NCBI GenBank assembly: GCA_048594805.1
Contig: JBMDXC010000285.1
Span: forward strand, 1 to 57,241
Reading direction: 5' to 3'
DNA from: Candidatus Entotheonellaceae bacterium
GTDB taxonomy: Bacteria; Tectomicrobia; Entotheonellia; Entotheonellales; Entotheonellaceae
Length of the DNA stretch: 57,241 nt
This document shows, one piece after another, positions 50,626 to 57,241 of this stretch. The first letter of the stretch is position 1, and every line of letters starts with the position of its first letter. A program made the translations under genes and the position numbers. The notes under the pieces are model-generated. The model was given only the letters and a program-made list of their open reading frames with translations, was not told where the DNA came from and searched no databases.

Positions 50626-51408
50626 ATGGGTGGGCCAGGTGGAAACTTGATCGTTGGCATTCTTGATCTGATTATCAACATTTATATTATCTTGTTGTTT
50701 GTGCGGATGTTTCTCACTGAATACGAGCGTTATGATTCCATATTGGACATGGTCTTTCAGGCAACGGACCCTCTCGTGGTGCCATTAGCAAGCATAGTGC
50801 GCTCGCGTATCGCACAATTAGCACCGTTGCTGATTATTACTGTTCTCCTGCTCTTGAAGGGTGTCCTCGTAGGATCGATTCCAAGAGCCCTGGAAGGTTT
50901 TGTCAGCACACTATTGCAGGTGTATGTATTAACTATTATCATTACCTCGGCATTCCGTGAAGCTTACCTCAATCCTATTGTCAATGTAGGGCAGCGCATG
51001 GTGCGCCCGGTGCGCCGCCTGGCCACATACGTGTCGCCGCAGCCCATAGCCGTCAATGTGCTGGCGGTGGTGATCCTCGTGCTCTTGCACTCTGTGGCAT
51101 TAATCGTGCTGCGTGGCGACGATCTCCTCTCGATAAAAAGCGCCTTTATTGACAGTCTGAGAATCGTGGTGGATCTGACGTGGTTCTTTGTCCTTGTGCT
51201 CTTTATCTACGTGATTCTCTCGTGGTTCAGCCCTGATCCACGTAACCCTCTGGTGCAACTGCTCACCCTCATTGCCGTGCCAATACTTGAACCCATACGG
51301 CGTATCATTCCTCCTATCGGAGGCGTGATTGATCTGTCTCCTATTGTCGCGCTGTTTGCGCTGCAAATTGTCAATGCCGTGCTCCATGGCTTGCTCAATG
51401 CGCTCTAG
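50626..51408 (+). CDS. YggT-family membrane protein (two YggT repeats)
   Basis: The second repeat is canonical (ILSWFSPDPRNPLVQLLTLIAVPILEPIRRIIPPIGGVIDLSPIV). Start set at MGGPGGN (50626). GC content is visibly lower than in the neighbouring genes. Confidence 0.75.
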   Translation: MGGPGGNLIVGILDLIINIYIILLFVRMFLTEYERYDSILDMVFQATDPLVVPLASIVRSRIAQLAPLLIITVLLLLKGVLVGSIPRALEGFVSTLLQVYVLTIIITSAFREAYLNPIVNVGQRMVRPVRRLATYVSPQPIAVNVLAVVILVLLHSVALIVLRGDDLLSIKSAFIDSLRIVVDLTWFFVLVLFIYVILSWFSPDPRNPLVQLLTLIAVPILEPIRRIIPPIGGVIDLSPIVALFALQIVNAVLHGLLNAL

Positions 51409-51441
51409 AGCAGGCGCGGGAAGTCTCGATGGGAGGTGTGG

Positions 51442-52725
51442 CTAGAGAGCGGTAAAGCATTCAGTCCGTATGATGTCCTCGAACGTTTCGCGGCGTGAGA
51501 TGAGGTAGGGAGTACCGTTTTCGACCCATACCTGTGGGGCGCGGCCCAGGGAATTATAGTTCGAACTCATGGTATATCCGTAGGCACCAGCGTCATGGAT
51601 GAGGAGAAGATCACCAATCTGCACCGCTGGCAAGGGGCGAGGCTGTAATAACTCCGTTTCGTCACGGGTAAACACATCGCCCGATTCACACAGGGGGCCG
51701 GCGATGACCGTGGGTTCGAGGGCGGCATGACTGGGCGCGTTCCAGACACTGATCTGGTGGAAAGACCCATACATGGCTGGCCGGATCAGATCACAAAAAC
51801 CGGCATCGACCATGACGAAGGTCTGGCCTGGTCCCTTGGTATTCGCTTTGGTCCGCTTCACATCGGTGACGCGCGTGATCACATACGCGGCCGGCGCGAC
51901 AAAGTAGCGACCTGGCTCAATTTCCACGCGGATGGCGCGTCCGGTCTGGTTGCTGAAGCGCACCTGGGCTGCCTGCAAGAGATCCCCAAAGGCTTTGAGA
52001 TCGGCGCTGGGGGCTCCTGGGCGATAGGGATGCGGAATGCCACCACCGAAGTTGACGGCTTGCACGTGCGGGTACGCCTCTAGACAGCCGGCGAAAAAGT
52101 GAGCCAGCTGCTGCATATTGTCGGTGAATTCCGCTACTGCGGGTCCTGAGCCGATGTGGGCATGGAGGAGGGTCACGGTCATGCCATGGCGTGTGGCGGC
52201 GTGCGCGACCGTGAGCGCCTCGTCAAACCAGATACCATGTTTGGAGCTAGGGCCGCCAGTATCACAGCTCTGCACATGGCCGTGGCCAAAGCCAGGGTTC
52301 AGACGTATCCCCAGCGGACCCCGATAGCCGGCTGCTGCCAGCTGGTCGAGCATGTGTGGGGAGCCAATGGCGGGCAACACCCCATACTCGCGTACGACGT
52401 CCAGGGCATTATCCCGGAACACGTCGGTCGTGAGCATGACCTCGGGGACTGCGGTCCCCAGAGGATAACCTGCGGCTTGGGCGCGCAACACTTCATTGCC
52501 CGATACCGCATCGATCCAGATGTGGTGGGCCCGCATGCATGCTAAGACTGGTGCTGCGGAGCAGGCTTTCATGGCATAACGTGCCTGCAGGCCCGGTGCC
52601 GCAGTCAGGGCCACGATCGCATCGATTCTGGCCTTGACGGTTGCTGCGTCATACACATAAAAGGGCGTGCCGATGCGCTCAGCCAACCAGCGCAGGTCGG
52701 TACCTTGCAGGGCATCTGCAGCCAT
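51442..52725 (-). CDS. lysA: Diaminopimelate decarboxylase
   Basis: YAMKA PLP-lysine region, HIGSG, EPGRYFVAPA and CESGD. Confidence 0.9.
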   Translation of the reverse strand: MAADALQGTDLRWLAERIGTPFYVYDAATVKARIDAIVALTAAPGLQARYAMKACSAAPVLACMRAHHIWIDAVSGNEVLRAQAAGYPLGTAVPEVMLTTDVFRDNALDVVREYGVLPAIGSPHMLDQLAAAGYRGPLGIRLNPGFGHGHVQSCDTGGPSSKHGIWFDEALTVAHAATRHGMTVTLLHAHIGSGPAVAEFTDNMQQLAHFFAGCLEAYPHVQAVNFGGGIPHPYRPGAPSADLKAFGDLLQAAQVRFSNQTGRAIRVEIEPGRYFVAPAAYVITRVTDVKRTKANTKGPGQTFVMVDAGFCDLIRPAMYGSFHQISVWNAPSHAALEPTVIAGPLCESGDVFTRDETELLQPRPLPAVQIGDLLLIHDAGAYGYTMSSNYNSLGRAPQVWVENGTPYLISRRETFEDIIRTECFTAL

Positions 52726-52865
52726 GCGTGATTCTCCTCGTGTGCGTCATGGTGCTGTAAGCAGGTGTAGGAAGCTGTGAGCAACAGCAAGTAGAGATAC
52801 CTTGTTTACTAGGGATGTGTCAAGAGCAGCATAGAGAGACTGAGCAACAGAGAAAGGAGGCATAC

Positions 52866-54122
52866 ATGCGGCTCGTCTCCAGTACGGGCGCGATTGTGGT
52901 GTCGATGGTCTTGGCAGGGCTCCCTTCGACGGGACGTACAGGTCCCGCTAACCGTCCGGATCCAGTCGCGCAAACAGCGGTGCAGCACTACGTCAGCGAG
53001 GTCGCCGAGTTGGGGTTCGATGAACAGTATCATGGGGTGTGGCTGCAGTCCGAGGAGGGGGTTTTGGCTTACCATCAGGGTACTGTGCCTATGCCAGCGG
53101 CCTCGCTGACCAAGGTGGCGACCACCCTGGCAGCGTTGCGTACCTGGGGGCCGGCATATCAATTCGTCACTTTAGTCGACGCCACAGGGCCGATTCAGGA
53201 CGGTGTATTGCGGGGGGACTTGATTGTGCAGGGCAGTGGCGACCCGTTCTTTGTCAGCGAAGACGCTCTGGCGTTGCGTCAGTCCTTGCAGCAGCTCGGT
53301 CTCAAGCGGGTGACGGGAAAATTAATTATCAGCGGCAATTTTTTCATGAACTTTACGACCAATCCCGCACTTGCTGGGAAGTTGCTTAAACAGGTGTTCT
53401 CTCCACCGCTGCAGCGTGCCGGCCGCAAACGGCAACGTGTGGTAACCTCTACGGGTCAGGGGCTCACCATTGCTGGTCCCGTTGAGGTAGTCTCCTTTTG
53501 TCCCCCCACCCAGGTGTCGCTCGTGCGGCATCATTCCCTGCCGCTATTTAAGATTCTTAAACGCATGAATGTGTACAGCAATAATGCCATGGCCGAGATG
53601 TTCACCGCGGCGCTCGGTGGCCTGCCACGTATGGTGCAGCAGGCATCCTACGCGGCAGGCGTGCTGGCCGAAGATCTGCATTTAATTAACGGCTCGGGAC
53701 TCGGACCGGAAAATCAGTTGTCGGCCCGCACGGTGTGTGCCCTCTTTAGCGCGATCCATCGCCTGGTGACCCCCGCTAGGCTGACGGTGGCCGATGTCTT
53801 TCCTGTGGCTGGCATCGATCGTGGCACCATCCGGCGACGGCATTTGCCGGTCTACGCCGTCGTGAAGACCGGTACACTGCGCCAGGTTGCCGCTCTCGCA
53901 GGGGTGATCCTCACCCGCACCCATGGACCGGTCTGGTTTGCGCTGCTCAACCAAGGCAGTAACTTGGGGGCCTTCCGGACGCAGCAAGACACCCTATTAC
54001 AGTACCTCATCGCACATTGGGGGGCGGCAGCTCCCCCCCCGGTATCGTTTATCTCCACCAGTCCTTGGACCGATACTATCCGTAACGATATTGTCATGCG
54101 TACGAAAACTGGCGGGGGATGA
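52866..54122 (+). CDS. dacB: D-alanyl-D-alanine carboxypeptidase/endopeptidase (PBP4, peptidase S13)
   Basis: SLTK, GSGDPFF, YSNN and KTGT motifs. AAAGGAGG lies before the ATG at 52866. Confidence 0.8.
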   Translation: MRLVSSTGAIVVSMVLAGLPSTGRTGPANRPDPVAQTAVQHYVSEVAELGFDEQYHGVWLQSEEGVLAYHQGTVPMPAASLTKVATTLAALRTWGPAYQFVTLVDATGPIQDGVLRGDLIVQGSGDPFFVSEDALALRQSLQQLGLKRVTGKLIISGNFFMNFTTNPALAGKLLKQVFSPPLQRAGRKRQRVVTSTGQGLTIAGPVEVVSFCPPTQVSLVRHHSLPLFKILKRMNVYSNNAMAEMFTAALGGLPRMVQQASYAAGVLAEDLHLINGSGLGPENQLSARTVCALFSAIHRLVTPARLTVADVFPVAGIDRGTIRRRHLPVYAVVKTGTLRQVAALAGVILTRTHGPVWFALLNQGSNLGAFRTQQDTLLQYLIAHWGAAAPPPVSFISTSPWTDTIRNDIVMRTKTGGG

Positions 54123-54195
54123 GCGCCGTGCGTACACTATACATACAAAGAGGCAGTGCACATGGGTATGGCAACTCTGTGAGGAGCATCCAGTG

Positions 54196-55455
54196 ATGCC
54201 GGACAAGAAGAAGGGGCAGAAGCACATTGTCTTGACCTCCCACCCCAGGCCATTTGGTCCCCGCCCCAGCCCTATCGTATGGGGCCACAGTGATCCGCTC
54301 CAGCGTGGTCCGGTCATTGCTACCCTCACGGAGCCACGCCATCGCAATGCCATTGGCACCCACGCTGGCACCTATGCGGTCTACCGTGCCCTGGCCATAG
54401 CTAGCGGTGCCTTACAGCCCGGTCATCGTCCGGACCTCACCCACACTGCTCCGGTGGCACTGCTTGGATCACACCCGAGTTGGGGACAGCCAGACACGAT
54501 CGTATCGCTCGACCCGTTTGGAGCTGTGGTCTGCGAGGTCTTTGCCGACTTTTATGCCCGTGGTTATGACATTCGTCCCACTATTGCGGTGACGCGCGCC
54601 CATATCAACATGCCTGAACTCCAGGAGGCTATCGCCCAAGGGCGCCTCGCCGTTGACGGCACGATCCTCCTGCCGGGTGGGGATATCGTGGTCACCAAAG
54701 CCGCTATCGAGCCGGTCTGGTATCTCCCGGGCGTGGCCCAACGTTTTGGTGTCGATGAAAGTACCTTGCGCCATACCCTGTTCGAGCAGACGGGCGGCAT
54801 GTTCCCCGAGCTGGTGACACGCCCCGATCTTACCGTGTTTTTGCCGCCTATCGGTGGCCTGACCGTCTACATTGTCGGGCCGGTGGCGGCGATTACCGAC
54901 CCTGCCCGACCGCTCGCTGTACGGGTGCATGACGAATGTAATGGTTCCGATGTCTTTAGCTCGGACATCTGCACGTGCCGGCCGTATCTCGTACATGGCA
55001 TCGAGGTCTGTGTGCAAACGGCACAGCAGGGTGGCGTTGGGGTGATCGTCTATTGTCGTAAAGAAGGGCGGGCGCTGGGTGAAGTGACGAAATTTCTCGT
55101 CTATAACGCGCGTAAACGCCAGGCCGGCGGTGATCGTGCTGAGTCCTACTTCGCGCGCACAGAATGCGTCGCCGGCGTGCAGGACATGCGCTTCCAGGAA
55201 CTCATGCCGGACGTCCTGCACTGGCTCGGCATCACCAAGATCGACCGTTTCGTTTCTATGAGTGACATGAAATATAAGGCGATTGTTGACTCTGGCATGC
55301 AGATAGTCAGCCGTATCCCTCTCCCGGACGAGCGCATCCCGCCAGAGGCCTATGTTGAAATCAATGCCAAGAAGGCTGCTGGCTACTACACCGAAGGACC
55401 TGTGCCTGATGCGCGCGAATTGGCCAAACCCCTGGGCCGTGGCCTGGAGGCGTAG
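54196..55455 (+). CDS. URC1-like GTP cyclohydrolase II paralog
   Basis: VRVHDECNGSDVFSSDICTCRPYL zinc/cysteine motif with a long N-terminal extension (420 aa in total), as in URC1-type rather than RibA-type enzymes. GAGGAG lies upstream. Confidence 0.7.
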   Translation: MPDKKKGQKHIVLTSHPRPFGPRPSPIVWGHSDPLQRGPVIATLTEPRHRNAIGTHAGTYAVYRALAIASGALQPGHRPDLTHTAPVALLGSHPSWGQPDTIVSLDPFGAVVCEVFADFYARGYDIRPTIAVTRAHINMPELQEAIAQGRLAVDGTILLPGGDIVVTKAAIEPVWYLPGVAQRFGVDESTLRHTLFEQTGGMFPELVTRPDLTVFLPPIGGLTVYIVGPVAAITDPARPLAVRVHDECNGSDVFSSDICTCRPYLVHGIEVCVQTAQQGGVGVIVYCRKEGRALGEVTKFLVYNARKRQAGGDRAESYFARTECVAGVQDMRFQELMPDVLHWLGITKIDRFVSMSDMKYKAIVDSGMQIVSRIPLPDERIPPEAYVEINAKKAAGYYTEGPVPDARELAKPLGRGLEA

Positions 55456-55488
55456 CCAGGGCGGCAGGAGCCCGAAAGGACCTGATCT

Positions 55489-56121
55489 ATGGCCGGAACA
55501 GTGATTGTCATTGATCACCCGCTGGTACAGCACAAATTGACTTTGTTACGCAAGGTCGAGACCAGTGCTGCGGTGTTTCGCGCCTTGCTGCGTGAGATTA
55601 GTATGCTCCTGGCCTATGAAGTGACGCGTGACATGCCGTTGACCTACGTGCCTATTAAAACACCACTGGCGCCGATGCAAGCGCCTGTGCTGGCCGGGAA
55701 GAAATTAGTCGTGGTCTCCATTATGCGCGCCGGCAATGGCATTCTGGATGGCATGCTCGAGCTGATCCCCTCCGCCCGTGTGGGCCATATCGGGCTGTAT
55801 CGTGACCCGAAGACGCATGTGGCGGTAGAATATTATTTTAAGGTGCCTGAGGACATCGCGGAGCGTGATGCCCTGGTGGTGGATCCCATGCTGGCGACGG
55901 GCAACTCAGCGGTCGCAGCCCTGTATCGACTCAAGGATGCGGGCGCGAAAACCCTCAAATTTGTCTGCCTGTTGGCTGCACCAGAGGGCATTGCCCACGT
56001 GCATGAGCAACATCCCGATGTCCCCATCTATACTGCGGCGGTTGATGAGCGTCTCGATGCGCACGACTATATTATTCCCGGTCTGGGAGACGCGGGGGAC
56101 CGACTATTTGGCACAAAGTAG
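55489..56121 (+). CDS. upp: Uracil phosphoribosyltransferase
   Basis: [15 protein letters not shown], the PRPP loop [12 protein letters not shown] and [17 protein letters not shown]. Confidence 0.95.
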   Translation: MAGTVIVIDHPLVQHKLTLLRKVETSAAVFRALLREISMLLAYEVTRDMPLTYVPIKTPLAPMQAPVLAGKKLVVVSIMRAGNGILDGMLELIPSARVGHIGLYRDPKTHVAVEYYFKVPEDIAERDALVVDPMLATGNSAVAALYRLKDAGAKTLKFVCLLAAPEGIAHVHEQHPDVPIYTAAVDERLDAHDYIIPGLGDAGDRLFGTK

Positions 56122-56160
56122 AGCACAGCGTTCTCCTAACCGCTGGGTTCGAGGAGTTGC

Positions 56161-57015
56161 ATGAACGCGCCAGAGCATGTCTTACGCAAGATTACGCCCG
56201 ATTCCTTGGCGACGTATCTGGCTGAGGTACGGCGGCAGTCGGTGCCCACGCCCGCCGAAGAAGTGGCCCTCGGCCGCCGTATCCAGGCCGGCGATGCCGA
56301 GGCCCTGCGCGAACTCGTCGAGCGCAATCTACGCTTTGTGGTACAGGTAGCCAACAAATATAAGGGGTATGGACTGCCGCTCGCTGACCTCATCAACGAG
56401 GGCAATGTCGGCCTGTTGCATGCTGCCAGCAAGTTCGATCCTGAACACGGTACACGCTTCATCACCTACGCCGTGTGGTGGATTCGTCAGGCCATCATGC
56501 ATGCTCTGGCAGAAGGCGGTGGGGCGGTACGGCTCCCCATCAAACAGGCCGAGGCGCTGGCGCGGGTGCGGCAGAAATTTGAGGAGCTGCGACGCGCCAC
56601 AGGCACGGAACCGACGGCTGAGGAGGTGGCGCACACCCTGGAGATGCGGCCCCACGAGGTTGAAGACTTGTTGCGGGTGTATCGCCCGCAGGTCTCGTTA
56701 GATGCGCCAGTCAGAGACGAGAGCGGCCTCACCCGGCTCGATGCCCTGCACTCGCAGAGTTTACCGTCGAGTGAAGAGGTCTACTTGCAGGCCTCGATGA
56801 TCAACGAGGTGCACTCCCTCTTGCACCTGCTGGAGCCGCGGGAGGCCAGTATTTTGCGAGCGCGGTTTGGCTTTGACGGGCCGCCGAAAAGTCTGGCGGC
56901 GATTGGGCGTGAGCTGGGGCTGTCGCGGGAGCGCGTGCGCCAGCTTGAAAGCCGGGCGCGCAATAAGCTGCGGGCTCGCGCCAAAGAAAAGGCGCTTAAT
57001 CACTATCTGAATTAA
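56161..57015 (+). CDS. Sigma-70 family RNA polymerase sigma factor (RpoD-like, lacks region 1.1)
   Basis: Region 2: DLINEGNVGLLHAASKFDPEHGTRFITYAVWWIRQAI. Region 4.2: LAAIGRELGLSRERVRQLESRA. Confidence 0.85.
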   Translation: MNAPEHVLRKITPDSLATYLAEVRRQSVPTPAEEVALGRRIQAGDAEALRELVERNLRFVVQVANKYKGYGLPLADLINEGNVGLLHAASKFDPEHGTRFITYAVWWIRQAIMHALAEGGGAVRLPIKQAEALARVRQKFEELRRATGTEPTAEEVAHTLEMRPHEVEDLLRVYRPQVSLDAPVRDESGLTRLDALHSQSLPSSEEVYLQASMINEVHSLLHLLEPREASILRARFGFDGPPKSLAAIGRELGLSRERVRQLESRARNKLRARAKEKALNHYLN

Positions 57016-57241
57016 GGCGGTACGCCCGCGGTAGTGTGGTATGATACGGCCTTGTCCCGGGCTGTTGGTTGTCCTGTCTTCGGTGTAGCGCGTGCCCTCA
57101 ACCCCTTTACATACGCTTCTACGCGTGCCCACCCGAGGTATGCGCCGCGAAGAGCCAGGGCTTCCTCGACCCCAGGCACAGACCGTCATGCTCGGGCCAC
57201 CCTGGCGCGACGCGGAGCAGATGAAGCGTATGGCCCACGAG

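Overview
GC-rich bacterial chromosomal segment (about 60% GC by eye, not computed). Shine-Dalgarno sites are strong and genes are densely packed, often with overlapping stop/start codons. I cannot assign a species. PilY1, a sigma-54 enhancer-binding protein, GlnE, FtsB, a Tat-signal binding protein and a PBP4-type peptidase suggest a diderm lineage. About 45 protein genes and one tRNA are supported. Roughly half the window is housekeeping: a 13-gene co-directional minus-strand array (split glnE, trpF, CHASE2 cyclase, leuB, asd, mtnP, hemL, eno, ftsB, tRNA-fMet), plus lysA, dacB-like, upp and a sigma-70 factor. No CRISPR array, rRNA, transposase or integrase was recognised. The most unusual loci are these. 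(1) 18.5-24.1 kb: an ExeA/GspA-like AAA+ ATPase with one TM helix, a roughly 260-aa proline-rich linker and 10 or more WD40 blades. It lies downstream of a secreted protein with carboxypeptidase-regulatory-like modules, behind an AT-rich promoter island with a tandem 14-nt repeat, and next to a LysR-gene relic. (2) 29.5-35.3 kb: a VWA / PspA / polytopic-membrane operon divergent from an OmpR/histidine-kinase pair, with TTTTACA heptamer repeats in the shared intergenic region. (3) 46.3-50.4 kb: glnE split into separate adenylyl-removase and adenylyltransferase genes. The transferase carries two N-terminal ACT-like domains, and a Trp/Arg-rich 75-codon ORF sits upstream. (4) A URC1-like GTP cyclohydrolase II paralog lies next to upp. 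(5) An MFS / MocR / UPF0104 trio is translationally coupled. (6) An orphan receiver gene sits between two long non-coding stretches beside tRNA-fMet. Every family assignment comes from reading motifs in the translations. No database search was run.
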